A DNA stretch of 64,000 bases from Candidatus Binatus sp. GTDB taxonomy: Bacteria; Acidobacteriota; Terriglobia; Terriglobales; Acidobacteriaceae. Location: contig DATHQJ010000044.1 in NCBI GenBank assembly GCA_035482825.1, forward strand, positions 2,164 through 66,163. The letters are read 5' to 3'. Made by a program: the position numbers and the translations under genes. Positions within the stretch are counted from its first letter, which is position 1. Each line of letters opens with the position of its first letter. The notes beneath the pieces are model-generated. The model was not told the DNA's origin. It ran no database searches and saw only the letters and a program-made list of their open reading frames with translations. Below, one piece after another: positions 1-9,213 of the stretch.

Positions 1-1905
1 GAGAACGGGAGCAACGGTCACTGGAGTTTTTCGGTCGCCAAGTACGGCGCACAATGCAAAACGGATCCGTTCAACAGCGACGCGGGTGACGGGTTGAAGA
101 CTGACTGTGCTACCCAGCTGACCGCCGATCCAACCGACGCTTATGTGCCGATCTATAACGACACCACCACCTCGTGCCCATCTGGCGTGGCATGCGTGTA
201 CCGCAGTGAATGGACCGCTGCTCTGGCCTCAGCTTTCGGAAGCGCTCCGCACTTCTACAACATGGACAACGAGATCGATATCTGGGGTGGCACGCATTTT
301 GATATTCATCCCCTGCAATCCGGTTACGGCGAGCTACGTGATACGTATTTGAACCAGGCCCGATTGTTGAAGACATGGGATCCGGCGGCAATCCGCCTGG
401 GGCCGGTGAGCTGCTGCTGGTACTTCTACTGGAATCTGAATTCCACCACCGACAACAAGTCCACGCACGCGGGAATCGATTTTCTGCCCTGGTGGCTGAA
501 TGACATCGCGTGGTCCGATGCAGTGGCGGGCACGAGGTCGCTGGATGTATTCGATATCCACGCCTATCCGGACGGGCCGGATACAACGAGCTTTACGCAG
601 GCGCAGAAGCAAGCTCTGGCGGCGCGCATCTACCGCGACTGGTGGGATCCCACGTACGAGAGCGAAGCCACGTACATCCAGAACAACGGCTTCAGTATTG
701 AACCGATCGAGCCGAACCCGTTCCGCATTCCGCGCATGCGCGCCCTGGTTAACCAGATTTATCCAGGGACGAAGTTCAGCATCACGGAATGGAGCGCGGC
801 GTTCGCCGGCGAATCCGATTTCTCCACTGCCCTCGGCGATGCTGACGGCTACGGAATCCTGGGGCGCGAACGGGCCTATCTTGCCTCGCGCTGGACCGCT
901 CCCACTCCCACCAATCCGAACTATCAGGCGCTGAAGCTCTACACCAATTACGACGGCTCGCACCACGGCTTCGGCACGACCTCGGTTTCGGCCATCAACA
1001 ACGGCAGTCCCAGTTTGTTCAGCGCCTACGCGGCGCTCAACTCTGCTGGCACCACGCTCACGATCATGGTGCTGAATAAAGATCCTGCGAATTCGGCTCA
1101 GGTGCAGTTCACGACCACGGGATTCTCGCCCAGCAGTGAGACGACATACACTTTGTCGCAGGCCTCGCCCACCAGCATCGTGGCCTCGTCGTCGCAGTCG
1201 TGGTCACCGACTCAAACATTTGCTCCGTACACCGCTACGCTGCTCGTCATCAGCGGAAACGTGACCACGCCTCCGACTTCCGAATGGGACCTGAATCCTG
1301 ACACCACCATGGTTGCCGCGAGTGGAACCGTCACACTGGCGCCGAAGATCACCAGCGGGACCACCAACGTCACACTCACTTCGGCGGCCTTCGACAGTTA
1401 TGAAGGAGCGTCTGCTTGCGCAGGGACGATCATGCTAACCACTCCGTCGCTGACTCCCAGTGTGCCGGGTGAGATCACAGTAACGGCAGGCAGCACGCCC
1501 GGCTTCTGCCACTTCACGGCGACGGGAACCGACGGCACCGCTTCCCAAACGCAAGGCGGATGGATTGTTGTGGGCAACCCGGCTGCGGCTCTGGCCAAGA
1601 CGAACGGCGATGCGCAGTCAGGAAGCCCGGGCAGCGTGTTGCCACAGGCACTCACCGTGACGTTGAGTCCGGGTGCTTCTGGTGGGACCAACGTCGGCGC
1701 CAGCATCCTTTTTACAACCAGCGCGGGTTCGCTTTCCAACGGGACCAGTAGCGGCGCGAAGGTGATCGCGGTGACCAATAGCTCAGGCGTAGCGTCGGTC
1801 ACCCTCACGCTTCCGCCGTCCGCGGGACTCGTGTCCGTGACTGCCGAAGGCCCGTACGGGCTCGGCCATCCGGTCGCGCCGGCGTTTACGGAGACGGCGA
1901 ACTAA
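1..1905 (+). CDS. Glycoside hydrolase family 44-like endoglucanase/xyloglucanase, 5'-truncated by window edge, with C-terminal Ig-like (Big_1-type) domains
   Basis: Frame 1 is open from nt 1 (ENGSNGHWSF...), so ORF 94..1905 continues upstream of the window. MDNEIDIWGGTHFDIHP and FSITEWS resemble the GH44 acid/base and nucleophile regions as I recall them. The C-terminal ~200 aa are Thr/Ser/Gly-rich beta-sandwich repeats (..LTVTLSPGASGG..ILFTTSAGSLSNG..). Confidence 0.75.
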   Translation, partial: ENGSNGHWSFSVAKYGAQCKTDPFNSDAGDGLKTDCATQLTADPTDAYVPIYNDTTTSCPSGVACVYRSEWTAALASAFGSAPHFYNMDNEIDIWGGTHFDIHPLQSGYGELRDTYLNQARLLKTWDPAAIRLGPVSCCWYFYWNLNSTTDNKSTHAGIDFLPWWLNDIAWSDAVAGTRSLDVFDIHAYPDGPDTTSFTQAQKQALAARIYRDWWDPTYESEATYIQNNGFSIEPIEPNPFRIPRMRALVNQIYPGTKFSITEWSAAFAGESDFSTALGDADGYGILGRERAYLASRWTAPTPTNPNYQALKLYTNYDGSHHGFGTTSVSAINNGSPSLFSAYAALNSAGTTLTIMVLNKDPANSAQVQFTTTGFSPSSETTYTLSQASPTSIVASSSQSWSPTQTFAPYTATLLVISGNVTTPPTSEWDLNPDTTMVAASGTVTLAPKITSGTTNVTLTSAAFDSYEGASACAGTIMLTTPSLTPSVPGEITVTAGSTPGFCHFTATGTDGTASQTQGGWIVVGNPAAALAKTNGDAQSGSPGSVLPQALTVTLSPGASGGTNVGASILFTTSAGSLSNGTSSGAKVIAVTNSSGVASVTLTLPPSAGLVSVTAEGPYGLGHPVAPAFTETAN

Positions 1906-2053
1906 TTCTCGAGCCGAACGCGGATCGCGGTTGAGAGTCACCCCGGCCGCGCTCACATTCGCATGCCAGGGACGTGGTATGCTTCGCGTGGCATTTTTAC
2001 GTAACCGTTTACGCAGCGCGTCCCGGTTGACGCGGAGACAAGAGGAGGCTGGG

Positions 2054-4369
2054 ATGCATCTTCGGCGGAATCCGCTTATTTTCTCTTTTCTCGGTTTATT
2101 GATTCCCTGCTGTTTCTCTCAGGATGCACCGCCCGCCTATCGTAATCCGAATCTTCCCGCCGAACTGCGGGCCGCGGATCTGGTGAAGCGGATGACGCTG
2201 GAAGAGAAAGTGGATCAGATTGCGGGGGGCCGGCGGCGTTCCATGGCCGCAGCCAGTCCTGAAGCCAAGGAAATTTTTGAAGGCCTCAGCAAACTCTATC
2301 GCGAAGATTCGCAAGTGAGCGCTCACGATGCCGCCGAGGCGCGCAATCGAGCGCAACATTTCCTGATGGAAAAAACGCGTCTGGGAATCCCCGCAGTTTT
2401 CCAGGGCGAAGCCTTGCACGGATTCATGGCCTACGGCAGTACCAGCTTTCCGCAGGTGCTGGGCCTGGCCAGCACGTGGGATCCGGAGCTGGTGCAGCAG
2501 GCATTCACGGCTGCAGGGGACGAAATGGCATCTGCAGGGGTCAATCAGGCGTTCTCACCGGTGTTGGACCTGGGGCGCGACCCGCGCTGGGGAAGAACCG
2601 AAGAAACCTACGGCGAAGATCCGTATCTCGTCGCGCACATGGGAGTCGCGGCCATCAACGGACTCCAGGGTACTACAGGGATGATCGACCGGCATCATGT
2701 GATGGCCACCATGAAACATTTTGCCGCGCACGGCCAACCGGAGAGCGGAACCAACACGGCTCCGGCGAATTTTTCTGAGAGAGATTTGCGCGAGACCTTC
2801 TTAGTTCCCTTTCGCGCCGCCGTGCAAGATGCGCACGTGGGCAGTGTGATGGCTTCTTACAACGAGATCGACGGCATTCCGTCGCATGTCAATCCCTGGC
2901 TGCTGGATCGCGTGCTGCGCCAGGAGTGGGGATTCCGCGGCTATGTTTCGTCGGACGGAAGTGGCCTGCAGATGCTGGTGCAAACTCACCACGTGGCCGC
3001 CGATTTCGCGGAAGCGGCGCGAAAGTCGCTCGCCGCCGGCGTGGACTTCGATCTGTCGGATGGCTCGGTGTTCGCCACGCTGGTCGATCAAGTACGCGAG
3101 GGCAAAGTTGCCGAGGCTGAACTGGACAAGGCTGTGGAGCGGGTGCTGGAGGCGAAATTCCGTCTCGGCCTGTTCGAGAATCCGTATGTAGACCCGGACT
3201 ACGCCCAGAAGATCACCAATAGCTCTGAGCATAAAGAACTCGCTCTCAAGGTGGCGCGGAAGGCAATTGTGCTACTCAAGAATGACAAGAATCTGCTGCC
3301 GCTGGATCCGAAGAAATTGAAGGCCATTGCTGTCATCGGTCCCAATGCTGCCGACGTACATCTGGGCGGCTACAGCCGCGACCCAGGGCCGGGGAACCAG
3401 ATCAGCATCCTCGACGGCATTCGCAAGCGCGCCGATGATGGCGTCAGAGTGCTGTACGCCGAGGGCTGCAAGATTACGACCGGCAAGCAGGGCTGGGCGG
3501 GATGGTACGAAAACAGAGTCGCGCAGCCGGATCCGAAAGCAGACGCCGAGAGCATTCGCGCCGCTGTTGCCGTCGCTCGTCAGGCAGATGTAGCCATCGT
3601 TGTGGTGGGAGAGAACGAAAGCACCAATCGCGAGGCCTGGTCTGAGCAACATCTTGGCGACCGCGATTCGCTGGATCTGCTCGGCTCGCAGGAAGCTTTG
3701 ATCCGAGCCATCGTCGAGACCGGCAAGCCGGTGGTCGTGTTCCTGATCAATGGGCGGCCGTTGTCGATCAACTGTGTCAAAGAAAATGTTCCGGCGATTC
3801 TGGAAGGATGGTACCTCGGCGAACAGGGCGGAACTGCCGCGGCCAACGTGTTGTTCGGCGACGTAAACCCTGGCGGCAAGCTGCCCATCAGTTTTCCGCG
3901 CAGCGTAGGACAGCTGCCTGATTTCTACAATCACAAGCCTTCGCGCAACCGCAGTTATCTGTTTGCCAGCCGCGAGCCTCTGTTTCCCTTCGGCTACGGC
4001 CTTAGCTATACGCAATTCCACTTTGATAACCTACGGGTCGAACCGAAAAGCATTCGCCCGGGCGGTTCGGCCAAGGTCTCCGTCGACATTACGAACTCTG
4101 GCGGTCGAGCAGGGGACGAGGTCGCCCAGCTTTATATTCACCAGCGCGTCGCCTCCATCACTCGTCCGGTGCTGCAGTTGCGCGGCTTCAAGCGCGTCAG
4201 CCTGGGACCGGGACAGAAGACGACGGTCGATTTCACATTGACTCCCGAAGATTTGTCGTTAATCGACGTTAATATGAATCGCGTGGTCGAGCCCGGCACG
4301 TTCGATTTAATGGTCGGGCCCAGTTCAGCAGAAACAACGAGCATTGCGCTCGAAGTTACTAACCCGTAG
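2054..4369 (+). CDS. bglX: Glycoside hydrolase family 3 beta-glucosidase (periplasmic BglX-like)
   Basis: ATG at 2054 is preceded by AGGAGG (2043-2048) and followed by a signal peptide (MHLRRNPLIFSFLGLLIPCCF). GH3 motifs: KHFAAHGQPESG, GYVSSDGSG (nucleophile Asp region), and a C-terminal fibronectin-like end (FPFGYGLSYTQF). The ORF-track start at 1931 (TTG) looks like an upstream extension. Confidence 0.9.
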   Translation: MHLRRNPLIFSFLGLLIPCCFSQDAPPAYRNPNLPAELRAADLVKRMTLEEKVDQIAGGRRRSMAAASPEAKEIFEGLSKLYREDSQVSAHDAAEARNRAQHFLMEKTRLGIPAVFQGEALHGFMAYGSTSFPQVLGLASTWDPELVQQAFTAAGDEMASAGVNQAFSPVLDLGRDPRWGRTEETYGEDPYLVAHMGVAAINGLQGTTGMIDRHHVMATMKHFAAHGQPESGTNTAPANFSERDLRETFLVPFRAAVQDAHVGSVMASYNEIDGIPSHVNPWLLDRVLRQEWGFRGYVSSDGSGLQMLVQTHHVAADFAEAARKSLAAGVDFDLSDGSVFATLVDQVREGKVAEAELDKAVERVLEAKFRLGLFENPYVDPDYAQKITNSSEHKELALKVARKAIVLLKNDKNLLPLDPKKLKAIAVIGPNAADVHLGGYSRDPGPGNQISILDGIRKRADDGVRVLYAEGCKITTGKQGWAGWYENRVAQPDPKADAESIRAAVAVARQADVAIVVVGENESTNREAWSEQHLGDRDSLDLLGSQEALIRAIVETGKPVVVFLINGRPLSINCVKENVPAILEGWYLGEQGGTAAANVLFGDVNPGGKLPISFPRSVGQLPDFYNHKPSRNRSYLFASREPLFPFGYGLSYTQFHFDNLRVEPKSIRPGGSAKVSVDITNSGGRAGDEVAQLYIHQRVASITRPVLQLRGFKRVSLGPGQKTTVDFTLTPEDLSLIDVNMNRVVEPGTFDLMVGPSSAETTSIALEVTNP

Positions 4370-4432
4370 TCATCAACCCGTAGCTGTGGACGCGTCCGCT
4401 GGCCCTGGCCCGGAAAGGCTGAGGTTAGCGGC

Positions 4433-6814
4433 ATGGAGATTCAGACATTCATGAATGATAGACAATCGCCGCAGTTGCTGGCTTCACTGCTGATCGCACT
4501 TTTCCTTTCGCTGTTCTGCGCCAGTGTGGCGCAGGCGCAGTGGATTGCCATGAATCCGGTCCGCAAGGTTCAGCAGGAGACGGATGGAGTTCTCTTCACC
4601 ATGGGAACCGGCACGTTAAGAGTACAAGTGTGCTCGGACTCAGTGATCCATGTGCTTTATTCGGCGACCGCCACGTTCCCGAAGCGAGCGGATTTTGTCG
4701 TTACGAAGGAGAGTTGGCCGGCGACGCAGTGGACGATGCAATCCAGCGACGACGCCGTCACCCTCACCACTGCCATGCTAAAGGTTACCGTCACACGAAA
4801 AGACGGAGCGATTGCCTACGCCGAGGTCAAAGGCGGATCGCTGGTTCAGGAGTCATCCCGCCGCCTCATCCCTGAAAAGGTCAACGGCGAAGAGACGTAC
4901 CGCGCCGAATCCATGGTCAACGTCTACGGTTCGCACGAAGGGCTTTATGGCTTGGGCCAGCATCAGGCCGGAGTGTGGAACTACCGCGGAGACTCGGTTG
5001 ACATCGCGCAGGAGAACAGCAACATCTCAGTGCCGTTGATGCTGTCGAGCAAGGGGTACGGAATTTTTTGGAATAACACTTCCCGCAGCCGCTTCAACAA
5101 CCGCTTCGCCAACATTCTTTACATCAGTTCCGAAGTTGCCGATGTGATCGATTACTACTTTCTCTACGGCCCCGATTTCGACAAGATCATCGCGGGCTAT
5201 CGCGATCTCACGGGACAGGCACCCATGTTCGGCAAGTGGGCGTACGGGTTCTGGCAATGCAAGAACCGCTACAAGTCGCAGGATGAAATCCTGGGCGTTG
5301 CCCGCAAGTATCGCGACCTGCACATTCCGGTGGACAACATCGTGCAGGACTGGTTCTGGTGGAATCGCAAGGGCGAATTTGTTTTCAACAAGAATTATCC
5401 CGATCCCAAAGCCATGGTGGACCAACTGCACAGCGAGAATTTCCACCTGATGATTTCGATCTGGCCATTCTTCGAACCCGGCTCCACGAATTACGATTAC
5501 ATGGAGAAAAAGGGATGGTTCGTCGACAAATTCAAGTACGCGAAGCCTCCTTACCATACCAACGCGATGGCGGTGTATGACGCTACCAGTCCAGAGGCGC
5601 GCAAGTACTACTGGGACGAGGTAAACAAGGGATTATTCAGCATTGGACTCGATGCCTGGTGGATGGATACGACCGAACCAGAAACCGAGGGGCAGGAAGA
5701 CAACATTCTATTGAATCATCAACTGGCGGCCGGAAATGGAAACCGCTACCTCAACGTTTTTCCACTGCTCGACACACAGGCGGTTTATCAGGGCCAGCGA
5801 AGCGCGTCCGACAGGAAGCGTGTGTTCATTCTGTCTCGCTCGGCGTTCGCTGGGTCGCAACGCAACGCCGTCACCGCGTGGTCGGGCGACATCAACTCGG
5901 ACTGGCTCAGCTTCCGACGGCAGGTTCCGGCGGGTCTGAATTTCGCGCTTTCCGGGATTCCTTATTGGACTACCGACATTGGCGGGTTTGTGTTCGGGAA
6001 CACCACCGATCCAGCTTTTCGCGAATTGTTTGTTCGCTGGTTTCAGTACGGCACGTTTAATCCGATTCTGAGGGTTCACGGCACCCGTCATCCCGATGAG
6101 AACGAGTTGTGGTCCTACGGCCCGGATGCGCAAGCGATTCTGGTGAACTTCGATCGCCTGCGCTACCGCATGCTGCCTTACATCTACTCGCTGGCGTGGA
6201 AGACAACCGGCGAAGCCTACACGACAATGCGGCCGCTGGTCATGGATTTCCGCAACGATGAGCGCGCCCAGAACATCGGAGATCAATTCATGTTTGGTCC
6301 GGCATTTCTGGTGAATCCGGTGACGGAACCAGCCGCCACAAAGCGCCCGGTCTACCTGCCCGGCGCCATGTGGTATGACTTCTGGACGGGATCTGTAATC
6401 GAAGGTGGGCGAACCATTAACGCCATCACTCCTTTGGAGCGTATGCCACTCTACGTCCGTGCGGGATCAATTCTTCCGCTGGGCCCGGACGAAGAGTGGT
6501 CCACTCAGAAGCGTGCCGACCCGCTCGAACTCCGTATTTATCGCGGAGCCAATGGAGACTTCACGGTCTACGAAGATGAGAACGATAACTACAACTACGA
6601 GAAGGGCGTCTACGCGACCATTCCAATGCACTGGGACGATGCGGGTCGCACCTTGACCATCGGCGATCGCAAAGGTCAGTTTCCGGGAATGCTGGAAAAC
6701 CGCACGTTCCGCATCGTCTTCGTAAGCGAGAATCACGGAGTGGGAGTGAATCCGGCAGATGAGGCTGACAAAGCCGTGAGCTATTCGGGAAAACAGATCA
6801 CGGTGACGCCGTAG
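4433..6814 (+). CDS. Glycoside hydrolase family 31 (alpha-xylosidase/alpha-glucosidase-like)
   Basis: ATG 4433 with GAGG 7 nt upstream and a signal peptide (..LFCASVAQAQ). GH31 core: KWAYGFWQCKNRYKSQDEIL..IPVDNIVQDWFWW, and DAWWMDTTEPE (nucleophile Asp region). Confidence 0.88.
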   Translation: MEIQTFMNDRQSPQLLASLLIALFLSLFCASVAQAQWIAMNPVRKVQQETDGVLFTMGTGTLRVQVCSDSVIHVLYSATATFPKRADFVVTKESWPATQWTMQSSDDAVTLTTAMLKVTVTRKDGAIAYAEVKGGSLVQESSRRLIPEKVNGEETYRAESMVNVYGSHEGLYGLGQHQAGVWNYRGDSVDIAQENSNISVPLMLSSKGYGIFWNNTSRSRFNNRFANILYISSEVADVIDYYFLYGPDFDKIIAGYRDLTGQAPMFGKWAYGFWQCKNRYKSQDEILGVARKYRDLHIPVDNIVQDWFWWNRKGEFVFNKNYPDPKAMVDQLHSENFHLMISIWPFFEPGSTNYDYMEKKGWFVDKFKYAKPPYHTNAMAVYDATSPEARKYYWDEVNKGLFSIGLDAWWMDTTEPETEGQEDNILLNHQLAAGNGNRYLNVFPLLDTQAVYQGQRSASDRKRVFILSRSAFAGSQRNAVTAWSGDINSDWLSFRRQVPAGLNFALSGIPYWTTDIGGFVFGNTTDPAFRELFVRWFQYGTFNPILRVHGTRHPDENELWSYGPDAQAILVNFDRLRYRMLPYIYSLAWKTTGEAYTTMRPLVMDFRNDERAQNIGDQFMFGPAFLVNPVTEPAATKRPVYLPGAMWYDFWTGSVIEGGRTINAITPLERMPLYVRAGSILPLGPDEEWSTQKRADPLELRIYRGANGDFTVYEDENDNYNYEKGVYATIPMHWDDAGRTLTIGDRKGQFPGMLENRTFRIVFVSENHGVGVNPADEADKAVSYSGKQITVTP

Positions 6815-6823
6815 GCAGACTTG

Positions 6824-7930
6824 CTATTTGCCGGGGCCTTGCGCCTGCTGTTTGGCGGTGATGGAATCCACAATCTGCCGCTCCTTCGCGCCGTCCTCGG
6901 GACGATGAAGGCGGTAGTAGAGCGTTGCCAGTTCTACATGTGGCTCGAGCCAGTCCGGATCGTCTTTCACCAGCGATTCCAATTCCCGAGCGGCGGTCTC
7001 GTAATCGCCCGAAGTGCTTTTCAGCATAGCCGATTCATAGCGAGCCATCGAGTCTGAGGGGTTGAGGCGCAACGCACGATCCAGATAGCCCTTGGCCTCT
7101 TCGACGTCGCGGCGTTTGTAGAGGATAGCTCCGAGATATAGGTTGGCCTGAAAGTCGTCCGGGTTGGTCTTGAGTGCTTCGCGAAATGCCGACTCCGCAG
7201 CTTTGACATCACCGGTGTTATCGCGAGCGGTGCCGACCAGCGTGTAGAGGCCGAGAAGCCGCGGATTCAGCCGGAGCGCCTCTTCGAGATCCTTGCGTGC
7301 CTGTTCGTATTCATTCAATTGCAGCAGGTTTGTCCCGGCGATCATGTAGGCGTTCGCGTCGGAACCAGCCTTTGCGACTTTTTCCATGCGGGTGACGCCT
7401 TCACGCCGGCTGCCTTTGGTGTTGATCAGCGCCGATCCCAGTACATATTCAAAATCCATGTTCTGCAAGTTCTTGCTCTCCAGGGGTTCCAGCAGACTGA
7501 GGGCAGCGTCCGATTTCCCGGTCTTCACGTCGCAGTCCCCCAAGAGAATTACAACCCCGACTTTGTCCGGCTGCGCATCATGCAGAATCGCGAACTGCTG
7601 GCGGGCGTTTTCGAAGTCTCCTTTCTCGTGATAGGCAAAAGCAAGGTCGAACAGAACCCCGTTCTTGTCCTTCAAGGAAGTCAATGCGGAGCGATATAAG
7701 GTAATGGCCTCGTCGAACTGTCGAACATGCACCAGAGCCACGCCGAGGTTCACTTTGGCCTCGACCTCACTCGGTCGTAGCTCGAGCACCTTGCGGTAGT
7801 CCCGGATCGCCGCGGAGAAATCGCCGCGCTGCTGCTCGTCAATGGCCTGCTTGAGCAGTTGGTCTGGATTCGCTTCCTGAGCCGCAACGACGCCCGGAAA
7901 CAGTACAAGGAATAATAACGCCGCCCGCAT
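6824..7930 (-). CDS. Exported tetratricopeptide (TPR) repeat protein
   Basis: Signal peptide MRAALLFLVLFPGVVAAQ. Repeated 34-aa A..Y....L...P motifs run throughout. The ORF-track start at 7936 is TTG, so I chose the ATG at 7930 two codons in. Confidence 0.85.
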   Translation of the reverse strand: MRAALLFLVLFPGVVAAQEANPDQLLKQAIDEQQRGDFSAAIRDYRKVLELRPSEVEAKVNLGVALVHVRQFDEAITLYRSALTSLKDKNGVLFDLAFAYHEKGDFENARQQFAILHDAQPDKVGVVILLGDCDVKTGKSDAALSLLEPLESKNLQNMDFEYVLGSALINTKGSRREGVTRMEKVAKAGSDANAYMIAGTNLLQLNEYEQARKDLEEALRLNPRLLGLYTLVGTARDNTGDVKAAESAFREALKTNPDDFQANLYLGAILYKRRDVEEAKGYLDRALRLNPSDSMARYESAMLKSTSGDYETAARELESLVKDDPDWLEPHVELATLYYRLHRPEDGAKERQIVDSITAKQQAQGPGK

Positions 7931-8022
7931 ATGCAATTAGGATAGCGCAGGACTCGCGCGCGCAGTCAGATTTCCAGAAGCCGCACGACTATCCCCGCCG
8001 TACAATGTCAGGATCAGGAACG

Positions 8023-9204
8023 ATGTCTGTGAGGTGTGCCGTGAAAATCGTGGAAATCAAGTGGCTTACGCTTAGGTCTTCATTCGGTTTGCTGTGGGTT
8101 CTTGCGGCCGCCGCATTCGCACAAAGTGGAGGGCAGGCCCACGTCCCTCCAGTAACGGCGGCGCCTCCCACCACCGTGACTCGGCCGGATTCAATCCAAG
8201 ACAGCGGACTCTACTATTACTGGGCGAACATGTCGGCGCAGGGTCGCGCCGGTGGAGTACTTCTGGGCAAACTCGCCCTGGAGGGTGAACCGCTCCCCTG
8301 GGAGCCGATGCTGGTGAATGTAGACTGCAAGGGCGCTGTTGTGAATTCGACACAGGCCGACCTTCAAGGCCGTTTTGTAATTACCTTCGTAGACACGCAC
8401 GGCGTGGAGCGCACACCGGCGGACGCTCAGCGCCAGATGGAAACTCATTATGAGGGTTGCCTGGTGCGGGCTTCGCTGGCCGGGTTCCACTCCAGCGCCC
8501 TGACGATTACGGTGCGGAATCTGCGCGATGAGCCCGACCTCGGGACCATTACGCTCTCCCCGGATGCACGCGGGGGCGGCACCGAACTCAGCCTCACCAC
8601 CAAGGCCGCGCCACCGAATGCGATGAAAGCATTTGAAAAGGCGAGGGCGGAATACCTCGACGGAAACGCCAATGCCGCGCAGCGCAACCTCACGAAGGCG
8701 GTCCAACTCTATCCTGGCTTCGCCGAGGCCTGGGTGCAACTGGGCAAGCTGCAGGAGGCTTCGGCTCCGCAGAGTGCGCGAGACTCGTTTTCCAAGGCCT
8801 TGGCCGCCGATCCGCAATTCGTTCTGCCCTACGAACGGCTGGCCGCACTGGCGGCTCACGCGGAAAAATGGCAGGAGACGCTGGACAACACAAACCAGGC
8901 GCTGCAGCTTGATCCCGGCGGCACGCCGCAACTCTGGTACTACGATGCATTGGGAAACTTTCAGCTGGGCAAGACGGACGAGGCCAGCGTGAGCGCTTCG
9001 AAGTCGCTGACGCTCGATCCGCGCCATACGGTGCTTGGCACGGAACAGCTGTTGGCTGTAATCCTGGCGCGGAAGGCCGATTACGCGGGCGCTCTGCAGC
9101 ATCTCCAAAACTGCCTGAAATACCTGCCGGCCGGTCCGCAGGCGGACTTGGTCAAGCAGCAGATCGCTCAGGTTGAGCCGAAGGTGCGCCCCACCGCGAA
9201 GTGA
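8023..9204 (+). CDS. Exported protein with an N-terminal beta-sandwich (carboxypeptidase-regulatory-like) region and a C-terminal TPR domain
   Basis: Hydrophobic signal ..LRSSFGLLWVLAAAAFAQ. GRFVITFVD..AGFHSSALTITV resembles CarboxypepD_reg strands. The C-terminal half carries TPR repeats (AVQLYPGFAEAWVQLGKL..). The start could be 8005 or 8023; 8023 has an AGGA upstream. Confidence 0.75.
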   Translation: MSVRCAVKIVEIKWLTLRSSFGLLWVLAAAAFAQSGGQAHVPPVTAAPPTTVTRPDSIQDSGLYYYWANMSAQGRAGGVLLGKLALEGEPLPWEPMLVNVDCKGAVVNSTQADLQGRFVITFVDTHGVERTPADAQRQMETHYEGCLVRASLAGFHSSALTITVRNLRDEPDLGTITLSPDARGGGTELSLTTKAAPPNAMKAFEKARAEYLDGNANAAQRNLTKAVQLYPGFAEAWVQLGKLQEASAPQSARDSFSKALAADPQFVLPYERLAALAAHAEKWQETLDNTNQALQLDPGGTPQLWYYDALGNFQLGKTDEASVSASKSLTLDPRHTVLGTEQLLAVILARKADYAGALQHLQNCLKYLPAGPQADLVKQQIAQVEPKVRPTAK

Positions 9205-9213
9205 GCAGAGAAG

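Noticed and set aside
1931-2053. Upstream extensions of several ORF-track entries: 1931 for GH3, 15051 for VWA-1, 21953 for VWA-3, 26013 for TPR, 40403 for ComD-like, 29833 for Gfo/Idh/MocA, 10959 for CRTAC1-1.
   Set aside because: In each case an internal ATG or GTG with a Shine-Dalgarno-like box is followed directly by a signal or Tat peptide. The extension either overlaps a neighbouring gene or terminator, or has an implausible composition.
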